Part shown: positions 27,070 through 35,954 of the stretch, in pieces | Numbering within the stretch: the first letter of the stretch is position 1 | Layout of the letters: each line of letters begins with the position of its first letter | IMG/VR virus record: IMGVR_UViG_3300022698_000267 | Location: 37,575 to 101,574 of that record | Origin: a virus | Reading direction: 5' to 3' (one strand) | DNA length: 64,000 nucleotides | The notes under the pieces: model-generated | The model's database searches: none | Told to the model about the DNA's origin: nothing | Seen by the model: only the letters and a program-made list of their open reading frames with translations | Made by a program: the position numbers and the translations under genes

Positions 27070-27115
27070 GTTAATTCTCCAAATCTAAAACATTGAATGA
27101 AGGGAGGATTTGATT

Positions 27116-27382
27116 ATGAAAAATATTTTGAGTATTAAAGTAATCATAAATACCTTGATAGCCGTTTTACTAGGCGGTCTTTTGGGTTGGGGAATTTGGG
27201 CTACAGATTCTGCTTATTGTGCAAATCAGAATAAAGAGAGGATTCAAGAAAACAAAGAACATATAGAAAGATTACAAGATAGCATCAGTTCCGATCTAAA
27301 AGAAATGAAGAAAACACAAAAGCAAGATACCGATAGAATAATGGATAAGTTAATGCAGATTCAAAGGGAAATGAAAAAGTAA
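27116..27382 (+). CDS. small membrane protein with coiled-coil tail
   Basis: AGGGAGG RBS; one TM. Confidence 0.45.
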   Translation: MKNILSIKVIINTLIAVLLGGLLGWGIWATDSAYCANQNKERIQENKEHIERLQDSISSDLKEMKKTQKQDTDRIMDKLMQIQREMKK

Positions 27383-27388
27383 TTTTAG

Positions 27389-27541
27389 ATGGATCAAGAT
27401 ATTAAAGATTTAGTAGTTTCTCCGGCTGTATCCATTATGATGACTATTGCTATCCCGTTCAGTTTCCTTATGGCGGTTGGCTGGACTTTATGGGAAAAAT
27501 GGAAGAAACTAGAACCTTTTTTTATGAGGTTTGTGAGGTAA
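27389..27541 (+). CDS. putative 50-aa transmembrane mini-protein
   Basis: ORF between neighbours; hydrophobic VVSPAVSIMMTIAIPFSFLMAVGWTLW; ends 5 nt before next ATG. Confidence 0.3.
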   Translation: MDQDIKDLVVSPAVSIMMTIAIPFSFLMAVGWTLWEKWKKLEPFFMRFVR

Positions 27542-27546
27542 ATATT

Positions 27547-28248
27547 ATGTCTAAATTTAAATTTTCGTTGATTCTAATTGTTTTACTTTTCCCTTTGACT
27601 GTTTATTGCACTGAACCAACTTCTCAGAATTATATGACCAGAACAGAAGTCAAGGATTTGATCAAAGACTACAACACAATCACATGGAAGCAGTACGTTG
27701 ATGCAAGATTTAAAGAACTGCAAGATGAAATAAAACTTAGGTCAGACTCTATAACCAAGTCCACTGAATTGGTTAAAGAAGGAATGGACATTCGATTCTA
27801 TGCCGTCAAGGAAGCAACTGATAATGCAAGAGTGGCTATGGAAAAACGTTTGGATGGAATGAATGAATTCAGATCCGCACTTAAAGATCAGGCGGTTCAA
27901 TTTGTAAACAAAGATGAGTATGCTGCAAGGGGAACGCAGTACGGAGCAGATATAGCCCGACTCAGGGATCAGATTTCAGGTACAGTTACACAAACAACAT
28001 TCAAAGCAACTCTGGCACAGAGGGATGAAATTAATAAACGGAACACGGACGACATTAAAAGCCTGTTGTTGTCCAGAGCAGAACTTGAAGGGAAAGCAAC
28101 TCAAACTCAGGCGTTGATCGCTATGGCAATGGGTTTGGTTGGAACATTACTATCCGGAATCAGCATATTTGTTTCAATAGTTAGACGTTCTCGCAATAAT
28201 AATCAGTACAGGGCTACAGACAGTATAGATAAACAGCGATCTGCATAA
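27547..28248 (+). CDS. secreted/membrane coiled-coil protein (signal peptide, C-terminal TM)
   Basis: GTGAGGT RBS; MSKFKFSLILIVLLFPLTVYC; C-terminal hydrophobic anchor. Confidence 0.5.
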   Translation: MSKFKFSLILIVLLFPLTVYCTEPTSQNYMTRTEVKDLIKDYNTITWKQYVDARFKELQDEIKLRSDSITKSTELVKEGMDIRFYAVKEATDNARVAMEKRLDGMNEFRSALKDQAVQFVNKDEYAARGTQYGADIARLRDQISGTVTQTTFKATLAQRDEINKRNTDDIKSLLLSRAELEGKATQTQALIAMAMGLVGTLLSGISIFVSIVRRSRNNNQYRATDSIDKQRSA

Positions 28249-28335
28249 TCGATAGAAGATGTATTAGCAATCCTTCCAAATATAACTCTACTATATTTCA
28301 TTACAATCTACTAAAATTAGTACTAGAGGTGACTT

Positions 28336-29049
28336 ATGATCTACGTTTGTGGTGACGTTCACGAATTTAAAGACAAAGATAAACTGTCTTCCAAAAATTG
28401 GCCTGAAGGAAAACTTCTTTCCAAAGATGATTATTTAATAGTTCTTGGAGACATGGGACTAATCTGGGATGCTATATCCTCCCCAAGAGAAAAAAGATTA
28501 ATTGAATGGTATAATCAAAAATCATGGACCACTTTATTCATAGATGGTAACCATGAAAACTTTGATCGTCTATTCTCAGATGAGTTTGGCAATGTACCAA
28601 AATTTGGATCGACTGTCAAACAAATATCCGATTCTATATACTATTTAAAAAGAGGAAATGTATACAAAATAGATAATCGAAAGGTCTTTACCTTTGGAGG
28701 TGGGGAATCCATTGATAAAAATAGAAGATTAACCAGGATTAGTTGGTGGTATCAAGAGATTCCAAATTATCGAGAAATGGATAAAGCTATTGATAAATTG
28801 AAAAATTTTGATAATTGTGTCGATTTTATCCTCACACATGCTTGCTCAAATCTTGCATTTGAGATGTTAATGCAAAGAGCCGACCTAGGATATAAAAGAG
28901 ATGCTGAAAGGGCATTACGGTCCTTCTTAGACTGGATAGAAAGGAATGTGCAATTTAAACAATGGCATTTTGGCCATTATCATGATGATTTTAAATTAGA
29001 TAATAAGCATTTTCTGCATTATGAAAATAAACCAATGCGAATTGTTTAA
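28336..29049 (+). CDS. calcineurin-like metallophosphoesterase
   Basis: CGDVH, LGDMG, GNHEN, GHYH motifs. Confidence 0.65.
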   Translation: MIYVCGDVHEFKDKDKLSSKNWPEGKLLSKDDYLIVLGDMGLIWDAISSPREKRLIEWYNQKSWTTLFIDGNHENFDRLFSDEFGNVPKFGSTVKQISDSIYYLKRGNVYKIDNRKVFTFGGGESIDKNRRLTRISWWYQEIPNYREMDKAIDKLKNFDNCVDFILTHACSNLAFEMLMQRADLGYKRDAERALRSFLDWIERNVQFKQWHFGHYHDDFKLDNKHFLHYENKPMRIV

Positions 29050-29079
29050 AAAATACTAATAATGTATGAAAGGAATAAG

Positions 29080-29352
29080 ATGGATACAATACCTGAAAAG
29101 GGAAAAAGGTACAATATCAAATCTCGTCCTTGGGACGCAAGCTATCTCGATATTATAGAATCTGAGGAAGGAGATTGGATTTATGATCCTATAAATTCTG
29201 AAACAGATTCTGAAACAGAATATGGTTATGGAAATTGTCCTGATTGTGGATGGTACAAAGAACCACAAGGTTGTAACGTACCAAGAGATAGTCCGGGATG
29301 TAATCTAAACAGAACAGAAAGAAAGGAAGTAAAAAATGAACGACTTCGTTAA
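29080..29352 (+). CDS. hypothetical protein with CPDCGW zinc knuckle
   Basis: AAAGGAA RBS before internal ATG. Confidence 0.4.
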   Translation: MDTIPEKGKRYNIKSRPWDASYLDIIESEEGDWIYDPINSETDSETEYGYGNCPDCGWYKEPQGCNVPRDSPGCNLNRTERKEVKNERLR

Positions 29353-29749
29353 AGAAGCTGAAAAGAATTGCGTAAATGTTGCTAAAAATATGTCTGATAT
29401 GCTCAATGTTATTAAAGCCCTAGAAAGGTTTGGCAGTAAATTCTTCAGTTATGATAGCATAGAAAAATCCGCTTATCAAAAAGGGGTTAATCTAATAAGG
29501 GAAGCTATTTACGCTCGATACATAGAATCCATTAGTAATTGTTTTCTATTTGTTGGTGTCGGTGGTGAAGATGCTGCAGCATACTCCAAAGAAAAATTTA
29601 AAGAACTGTTTGGAAAAGAAGAAAATGCTATTATGCAACTTCTAGACGAACATGGCACTTATCCTTCTTGGTATGAATCTGATAAAGAAGAAAAATTTCG
29701 TGAACAAGCAAAGAAGAAATTAGAAGAAGTGGAAGTTGGAAAAAAGTAA
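29336..29749 (+). CDS. hypothetical protein
   Basis: AAAGGAAG RBS. Confidence 0.45.
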   Translation: MNDFVKEAEKNCVNVAKNMSDMLNVIKALERFGSKFFSYDSIEKSAYQKGVNLIREAIYARYIESISNCFLFVGVGGEDAAAYSKEKFKELFGKEENAIMQLLDEHGTYPSWYESDKEEKFREQAKKKLEEVEVGKK

Positions 29750-29750
29750 A

Positions 29751-30125
29751 ATGGAACTGAAAGAATTTAAGGCATATTTCAAAAAAAGTCTAGAAGTATT
29801 TGAAGAGATATTTCCAGCTGCTACTAAAAATAAACAACTTGATTTAGCTCTTGATGATTTATTCTTAAAAGTACATACTCCAGTATGTTCCAATTGTGGA
29901 ATGCTTGTCAGTGAATCTGAAGTTCTTTGTACAAATTGCGATCCTTATTATTGTGATAGCTGTGGAAAACCTTCAGATTTTCTTAAATGTTCTAAATGTG
30001 TCGACAAAATTGTTGAAAGAACAGTTGCAGATAAAATGAAAGAACATAGAAATATGCAAGCCGATGTGATACATGCAGAAAAGGGTTTATTGGCAGCGCT
30101 CAAAAGAAAATATGAGAAGGAGTAA
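29751..30125 (+). CDS. Cys-rich zinc-finger protein, paralog of 46150..46455
   Basis: EFKAYFKKSLEVFEEIFP...KQLDLALDDLFLK aligned with 46150 ORF; multiple CxxC pairs. Confidence 0.5.
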   Translation: MELKEFKAYFKKSLEVFEEIFPAATKNKQLDLALDDLFLKVHTPVCSNCGMLVSESEVLCTNCDPYYCDSCGKPSDFLKCSKCVDKIVERTVADKMKEHRNMQADVIHAEKGLLAALKRKYEKE

Positions 30126-30128
30126 CTT

Positions 30129-30578
30129 ATGGAAAACACAATTCAATACATTGTATGTAAAAAATGTGGAGAGACCCTAAATCCTGCAGTAAATTATTGT
30201 CCCAATTGTGGCCTTTCTGTTCCAAAGCCTCCAAAGAAGAAATATTCTGGTACTTGTATAGAAGATGGAATTTACGAAGTAACTTTTAGACCTGTTCGTG
30301 GTCACTTTAGTACTATGGATGGAGCTAAAGAAGCTGCTATAAATTCTTGTTGGAATGAAGATGAAGAAATGGCAGAGGGTTTCGAGATTAAAAGAATTCA
30401 TTCCAATTGTAATATAAAAGTCTTCCCCTATATCTGCGGAGATTGTTATGATACAGTAGCAAAAAAAGATGAAATTGATGGACATTGCTCTTTTTGTGAT
30501 GCAATAAACTGGATTGAACGGGATGGAACAGAGAGTGAAGGAGAAATCCATTACAATTCTAAAAAAGGAAGGTCATAG
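30129..30578 (+). CDS. Cys-rich zinc-finger protein
   Basis: GAAGGAG RBS; CKKCG...CPNCG...CGDCYD...HCSFCD. Confidence 0.5.
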   Translation: MENTIQYIVCKKCGETLNPAVNYCPNCGLSVPKPPKKKYSGTCIEDGIYEVTFRPVRGHFSTMDGAKEAAINSCWNEDEEMAEGFEIKRIHSNCNIKVFPYICGDCYDTVAKKDEIDGHCSFCDAINWIERDGTESEGEIHYNSKKGRS

Positions 30579-31058
30579 ATGTACTTTTTTACGGCAGATG
30601 AGCATTATGGACACAAGAACATAATCAGATTTTGTGACCGCCCATTTTTATCTATCGAAGAAATGGATAGAACCATTATTGATAGAAATAATCAAATGGT
30701 TGGCAATAACGATACAGTGGTTCATGTTGGTGATTTTACATTGAAAAATACATCCATTGCTAAGCGTTACATTTCACAGCTAAATGGAAACCACATTTTT
30801 ATAAGAGGGAGTCACGATTACTGGTTGAAAGGGACTCAAAAACTAGTAACCATGTGGGAAAAGAAGATTGAAGGACAGTATATAGTAGCCTGTCATTATG
30901 CCATGCGGCATTGGCCCAGATCTTATCATGGGAGTTGGCAAGTTCATGGACACGCTCATGGAGGTATGAAGTCTATCGGATTGCAATATGATGTGGGTGT
31001 GGATAAAAATAATTTTTATCCAGTATCATTTACTAAATTGTGTAGTATACTTGCTTAG
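30579..31058 (+). CDS. small calcineurin-like metallophosphoesterase
   Basis: FTADEHYGH, VHVGDF, GSHD, HGHAHGG motifs; AAGGAAGG RBS. Confidence 0.65.
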   Translation: MYFFTADEHYGHKNIIRFCDRPFLSIEEMDRTIIDRNNQMVGNNDTVVHVGDFTLKNTSIAKRYISQLNGNHIFIRGSHDYWLKGTQKLVTMWEKKIEGQYIVACHYAMRHWPRSYHGSWQVHGHAHGGMKSIGLQYDVGVDKNNFYPVSFTKLCSILA

Positions 31059-31067
31059 GAGCGAATC

Positions 31068-31250
31068 ATGCAATGGGTATCAATCAAAGCTGAGTTCACT
31101 TACGATAAAGCACAAGAATTAATAAAATTCTTGGTGTCTGAAGGTTTCTCAACTGTAGCAAAGGCAAAAGGTAAAGAATGGGAAATCTATGGAATGAAAA
31201 ATGAGCATTTTCAAATTAATCCTAATACGGCAAATATAGAAAAATTGTGA
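31068..31250 (+). CDS. hypothetical small protein
   Basis: TAGGAG RBS. Confidence 0.35.
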   Translation: MQWVSIKAEFTYDKAQELIKFLVSEGFSTVAKAKGKEWEIYGMKNEHFQINPNTANIEKL

Positions 31251-31261
31251 GGAGGATAGTC

Positions 31262-31504
31262 ATGTTAAGAATAATTTTTTCCACTGTTATAGTGGCATTT
31301 GTGTTATTGTTTCAAATTTTGTGGTGGGCTTTTTCAACTTCGTTCACAGCTTCAGTTGCAGTTGCACAAGTTGAAGATGGAATTGTTCAATATTCTTTGG
31401 TACAGAAGTTGATTAATACTTCATCTCCGGCTGCTGTAATTTTGGTAGGAGTTGTCATTCTTGTTTTAATTTGGATTAAACCCTTGATGAAAAAATGGAG
31501 GTAG
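31262..31504 (+). CDS. two-TM membrane protein
   Basis: GAGGAGG RBS before ATG. Confidence 0.45.
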   Translation: MLRIIFSTVIVAFVLLFQILWWAFSTSFTASVAVAQVEDGIVQYSLVQKLINTSSPAAVILVGVVILVLIWIKPLMKKWR

Positions 31505-31510
31505 TAAAAG

Positions 31511-32497
31511 ATGTTGATGTCGATGAAGAAGTTTATCATTCTGGTATTATTGGTGATGGTGCTTGGTCTTACTGCTTGTGGACCTGCAAAAACAGACAGA
31601 TTCAAAACAATCAAACCAAATGAGACAGCTTTTGTCATTCCAGTTGAAGGAGTAACCAAAGCAGGCCAAAAAGCATTTATGTCCGTTGAATTCCTCAATC
31701 AACAAAAGGTCGCTACCAAACGAATTTATCTGCCCCTTCGTGAAATTAGTACTGGGAGATGGTGGTGGGAGTATGAATGGATTCCTACTGTAGACATCAT
31801 TACGGTTGATAGATCACCCATTACACGAGAATGGACGGGTGATGCAAAAACTGGATCAACAAATAAAAATCAAGCCCTATGGGTTGAATCATCTGATTCA
31901 ATCGGGTTTGGAGTTGGTGTAAATCTTACCGCTATGATTCTTGAAGAAGATGCAGCTTTATTTCTTTATAAGTATGCAGGAAAATCACTTTCAGCAATTG
32001 TAGATAATAATGTTCGTGGAAGAGTCAATGCCATTTTAAGTAGAGAATTTGCCAAATATACCCTTGAGGTTGGCAGAGACAAGAAAAATGACATTATCGA
32101 TAAAGTCGAAAAAGACACAGTGGACTACTTCAAGAAGATGGGAGTGACCATTTCCAATGTCGGCCTTTCAGAAGGTCTTGTATATGAAGATAAAGAAATT
32201 CAAAACAAGATTAATGAAAATTTTGTTGCTGAAATGGATATTTCCATTAAGGAGAATCAACGACTTTCACAGGCCAAGACCAATGCTATGAATATTGAGA
32301 TAGCAGAAGCAGAAGCTGTAGCTGCAAGTAAATGGGCTGCGGCGGCAGAAGATCGTAAAAAACAAATAGATGTTAAAATTGCACAAATGCTGGCTGAAGC
32401 AAAATTGACAATGGCCAAGAAATGGGATGGCAAGCTTCCTGCCAATCTAATCCCACAAGACAATCCACTGATTATGGATTTTACAGGAGCCAAATAG
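31511..32497 (+). CDS. SPFH/band-7-domain lipoprotein
   Basis: Lipobox LGLTAC; C-terminal SPFH-like segment with AEAEA coiled coil; TGGAGGT RBS; GC-richer. Confidence 0.55.
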   Translation: MLMSMKKFIILVLLVMVLGLTACGPAKTDRFKTIKPNETAFVIPVEGVTKAGQKAFMSVEFLNQQKVATKRIYLPLREISTGRWWWEYEWIPTVDIITVDRSPITREWTGDAKTGSTNKNQALWVESSDSIGFGVGVNLTAMILEEDAALFLYKYAGKSLSAIVDNNVRGRVNAILSREFAKYTLEVGRDKKNDIIDKVEKDTVDYFKKMGVTISNVGLSEGLVYEDKEIQNKINENFVAEMDISIKENQRLSQAKTNAMNIEIAEAEAVAASKWAAAAEDRKKQIDVKIAQMLAEAKLTMAKKWDGKLPANLIPQDNPLIMDFTGAK

Positions 32498-32499
32498 AG

Positions 32500-32691
32500 A
32501 TGCAAAGATTCCTGGTACCATTATTTACTTTTATCTGGTGGAATAGATTGAGCCATGAAAGACAATTATATGATTTTCGGATAAGAGCAAGAGATCATGT
32601 GGTTAAAGTAAAAGGATGGAGAACTGCTCTTATTGATACATTTGGTTCTGGAAGACAAACAGTTTCTTTTTGTTTCTGGTGGTTTAAGTAG
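32500..32691 (+). CDS. hypothetical small protein
   Basis: ORF, weak RBS. Confidence 0.3.
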   Translation: MQRFLVPLFTFIWWNRLSHERQLYDFRIRARDHVVKVKGWRTALIDTFGSGRQTVSFCFWWFK

Positions 32692-32705
32692 TATGGAGGG
32701 ATACA

Positions 32706-33092
32706 ATGAAAATAGATGAAAGTATGATTGCTGATGGTATCAGGGAAAAAATTGCCAGTGATGTCGTCAATTCATTGGATGAAGAGACCAAGGTAAAAAT
32801 CATTTCAAAATCTGTAGAAGAGCTTATTGGTAACTACAAATTCCAAAACGTATTACGAGATGAAATCAATTCGGTAGCCATAAATGATATGCGACAATAT
32901 TTAAAAAGGGGAGACATTAGAGAGAGGATCCTCGAAGAAGCAGTAAAGGCTGTCGAATTATATATTCAGACATTACACAAAGGATTACTGCAGGTTTTAC
33001 TAAAAAGTATTGATGGAAATAAGGGATACGATAGACCAGATTTATCTGAAGCAATTAAAAAGATTCTTGGTGATAAATTTTTTGAGGAATAA
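32706..33092 (+). CDS. hypothetical protein
   Basis: GGAGGG RBS. Confidence 0.5.
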   Translation: MKIDESMIADGIREKIASDVVNSLDEETKVKIISKSVEELIGNYKFQNVLRDEINSVAINDMRQYLKRGDIRERILEEAVKAVELYIQTLHKGLLQVLLKSIDGNKGYDRPDLSEAIKKILGDKFFEE

Positions 33093-33096
33093 TAGA

Positions 33097-33327
33097 ATGT
33101 TGGTGCAAGTCGATTACTACAAAGATACGGGTAAATGGTATTCTGGTGGCAGAGTTGAGATTGATAAAATGCCATGGGAAAGTGGTATAAGAGATGAAAT
33201 TGAAAAGAATCAAAAAATTCTGTCTTCTTCTGGACATGATTTTTTCATGGTAGTGTCAGATATTCCAGAATCTGAAAATGATCCAAATTATCGAATGACT
33301 TATGCTAGATTGTATCATCCAAAGTAA
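33097..33327 (+). CDS. hypothetical protein
   Basis: GAGGAAT RBS before internal ATG of track ORF. Confidence 0.45.
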   Translation: MLVQVDYYKDTGKWYSGGRVEIDKMPWESGIRDEIEKNQKILSSSGHDFFMVVSDIPESENDPNYRMTYARLYHPK

Positions 33328-33334
33328 CATTAAT

Positions 33335-33437
33335 TGAGGGGAAGGTGGCCTTAAAAGTAGGAATCCTTTAAAGAGTGGCGTTAAATTGAACTGTATGAAA
33401 GAAGACAGTTGCCTTTGGTGTAACAACACACCCCTCA
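33335..33437 (+). other. structured, GC-richer intergenic element (nested hairpins); sRNA/cis-regulatory candidate
   Basis: TGAGGGG...CCCCTCA closing stem around AACTGT/ACAGTT and AAGG/CCTT hairpins. Confidence 0.3.
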
Positions 33438-33454
33438 CATTTTAAGGAGAAATA

Positions 33455-33958
33455 ATGGAAAAGATGATCATGTGGCTAGCAGTTGGTGATGAAGGAAAGC
33501 ATTACTATTGGCCTTCATTATCTGTTAATAAGATGGATTGCAAAGCAAAGATATACGATGATTTGTATAAACCTTTTGGTGATAAGCCCGATTGGTCAAA
33601 AATAGAATTTATAAAGGTTCGGATATCACCGGTTGGATGGGAAACCATTACGTATGGAAGTGGAACTCATATAGTGACAAGGAATGATTTTGAAAAGCCT
33701 CATTACTATGTGTATGCAGACAAACGTTATGAAGTATGTAAAGAATTGGAAGCTTGGTTGAATGGTGGACCAGATCCAAGATGGAGATTTAAATTAGTTC
33801 GTTGGACGGATGAAAGTGTAAAGGGACCGGAAGGAATTCACATTTATACAACTGGACCTTTTATTCTACCACCAGATGATAATGGAGCCTTAAATTGGCA
33901 GGTAGATCCAGATAAAAAACAGGAACGCATGGCTTTGATTGACAAACTTCTTGAGTGA
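33455..33958 (+). CDS. hypothetical protein
   Basis: AAGGAG RBS. Confidence 0.5.
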   Translation: MEKMIMWLAVGDEGKHYYWPSLSVNKMDCKAKIYDDLYKPFGDKPDWSKIEFIKVRISPVGWETITYGSGTHIVTRNDFEKPHYYVYADKRYEVCKELEAWLNGGPDPRWRFKLVRWTDESVKGPEGIHIYTTGPFILPPDDNGALNWQVDPDKKQERMALIDKLLE

Positions 33959-33985
33959 AGATTTGAAACATATTGAGATTGTAAG

Positions 33986-34177
33986 ATGGAAAAATTATAT
34001 TACAAAATGTACGAAGATGTTAAAAGTATTCCTGGTAAATCAGTTGTGATTGAACCAGATCAAATGATTGATGAAATAAATGCTTCTAGGGAATGTGGTT
34101 GTGATATGCCTGTTTTTGAACCCGTATTCATGACAGAGAGTGAATTTAACGAATTGCCTGAATTTACTGGGTTCTAA
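33986..34177 (+). CDS. hypothetical small protein
   Basis: ORF. Confidence 0.35.
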   Translation: MEKLYYKMYEDVKSIPGKSVVIEPDQMIDEINASRECGCDMPVFEPVFMTESEFNELPEFTGF

Positions 34178-34203
34178 AGTTGTAGTAGTTAAGGAGATAG
34201 AGA

Positions 34204-34401
34204 GTGAAGGTTATTAAAACTTCAGGTCATTGTTACGATGGAATGGGTTGGACAGACTGTGATTTCTGGAAACATGGGGATTCTGAAGAGACTTCCAGTA
34301 AATGTACGCTTTTCGGTATAAATGGTGTGTCAAAGGATGCTAGTAAATCTTTAATACTTTGCGATAGAATCTATGGTTTAGATTATGAAGGAGAAGTGTA
34401 G
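34204..34401 (+). CDS. hypothetical small Cys-containing protein (GTG start)
   Basis: AAGGAG 7 nt before GTG. Confidence 0.4.
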   Translation: MKVIKTSGHCYDGMGWTDCDFWKHGDSEETSSKCTLFGINGVSKDASKSLILCDRIYGLDYEGEV

Positions 34402-34581
34402 ATGGACTTCACCTACAAACAAGCAAAAGCTCTTCTGGAATTTTTCGGTGGAGATGAAGAAACAGAAGTGACAGTGGTGGAAGTTAAAGAAGGTGAACTA
34501 AGTCATTCTGGTCCTGGATTATATGTTTATTATACTGAGTATCCAGAAGATGGTTCATTTCTTTTACTAGATGGGGTTTAG
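34402..34581 (+). CDS. hypothetical 59-aa protein (below track cutoff)
   Basis: ATG immediately after upstream TAG. Confidence 0.35.
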   Translation: MDFTYKQAKALLEFFGGDEETEVTVVEVKEGELSHSGPGLYVYYTEYPEDGSFLLLDGV

Positions 34582-34721
34582 GTTCCAATGTTTAAATGGA
34601 AGAAAAGTGATTTGAAATTGCCCCATATAAAAAACCCATTAACTTGAGCTCGCCGAGAGTTCCTCCACCGCCTCCAAAACGAATAATTCAAGAAGATATT
34701 AAATTTGGAAGGAGAAAAGCA

Positions 34722-34919
34722 ATGTCTTTAGATTGGATTTCAATAGATGATTATCTTCCAGGTTATAAAGTAATGGAGGCTTTGGTTAGATTAGAAAACG
34801 GTGAACATAAACTTTGGAAAAGAATAGAAAAGCAATCCTTAACTGGAGAATGGGTAGTGAAAGATGGAAATGGAATGAATACAATTTCTACAGCAAAGAA
34901 ATGGATTAGATTAAAGTGA
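34722..34919 (+). CDS. hypothetical small protein
   Basis: GGAAGGAG RBS before internal ATG. Confidence 0.4.
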   Translation: MSLDWISIDDYLPGYKVMEALVRLENGEHKLWKRIEKQSLTGEWVVKDGNGMNTISTAKKWIRLK

Positions 34920-35101
34920 AAAAGGAAATGGTAAAAAGGATAGTTCAATTGCTTCCAGATTGGATAAAAGATCCTCAACCTGGTCTCGATCCAACAATGT
35001 ATGGAACAGGAACTTATGAAGGAGATTTGGAAGAACACAAGAAAATTTTCAATTTTTTAAGAGAACAGGATTCTAAATTAAATCTTAAAAACATCAAATA
35101 A
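34916..35101 (+). CDS. hypothetical small protein
   Basis: ORF overlapping upstream stop. Confidence 0.35.
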   Translation: MKKEMVKRIVQLLPDWIKDPQPGLDPTMYGTGTYEGDLEEHKKIFNFLREQDSKLNLKNIK

Positions 35102-35125
35102 AGTAATTTCAATTTGAGGAATAAA

Positions 35126-35374
35126 ATGGGTAGAGGAAAAATCAGAATCTCAGAATCACTTTATAATTCCAGTTTATTTGATAAAAAAGAAATCTTTCGA
35201 CAGATAGGATTCCTTGAAGAGTCTATGGATTTTGAGGAAGGGGTGTATATTTTCACAGGTCAATCTATCCAATTTCTTGATTTAGAAGAAGAACAAGAAC
35301 TACCCACCTATTTAATTCTTGGCAGAAAACTTTCTGATGGAGAGATTCGATATTCTGTCAAGTCAATTCTTTAA
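35126..35374 (+). CDS. hypothetical small protein
   Basis: GAGGAAT RBS. Confidence 0.4.
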   Translation: MGRGKIRISESLYNSSLFDKKEIFRQIGFLEESMDFEEGVYIFTGQSIQFLDLEEEQELPTYLILGRKLSDGEIRYSVKSIL

Positions 35375-35474
35375 AATTCAAAAAATTATTGAAGTTTTTT
35401 AATTTTTAATACTAAAATAACTTTAGATGTTACTTTGTTATTTGTTTTAAAACCTTGAACTAGGAGAAGCAAAA

Positions 35475-35954
35475 ATGACAGATTACTATAGATTACAGAA
35501 CGATATGACTGGAAAAGATGAATTACATTACCCAATCGGAGTTTTTATTCATCAGATAGATCTTCCTAAAGAATTTGAAGATAGAATATATGGAAGGCTA
35601 ACAGATATTCTTGTTTCTGTAATAGAAACTTATCCAGAAATGAAAGATGGACATTTTGATATCTTTACCCCAAGTCTATATCAGTTACATGATTTTGTAG
35701 ATCAATTAGATAATGTAAAATTGTCCTATGTGGATGACATAAAAGATTTTGACTTGAATCCATCTTTGTTAAGTTTTCATGTCTGGGCAACGAAAGATTC
35801 TTTAGAAAGCTGTTATAACGTTTACAGATACGTTACAGATAATTTTGGGTTACATTCCACCTTTGAAGTTCTTGGAACAGAGAAAGACCAGAAGGAGCTA
35901 GAAGAGATTGCTAGGAAATATAGACTTTTACAAAGTACTGGAGCCAATAACTAA
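35475..35954 (+). CDS. hypothetical protein
   Basis: TAGGAG RBS. Confidence 0.5.
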   Translation: MTDYYRLQNDMTGKDELHYPIGVFIHQIDLPKEFEDRIYGRLTDILVSVIETYPEMKDGHFDIFTPSLYQLHDFVDQLDNVKLSYVDDIKDFDLNPSLLSFHVWATKDSLESCYNVYRYVTDNFGLHSTFEVLGTEKDQKELEEIARKYRLLQSTGANN

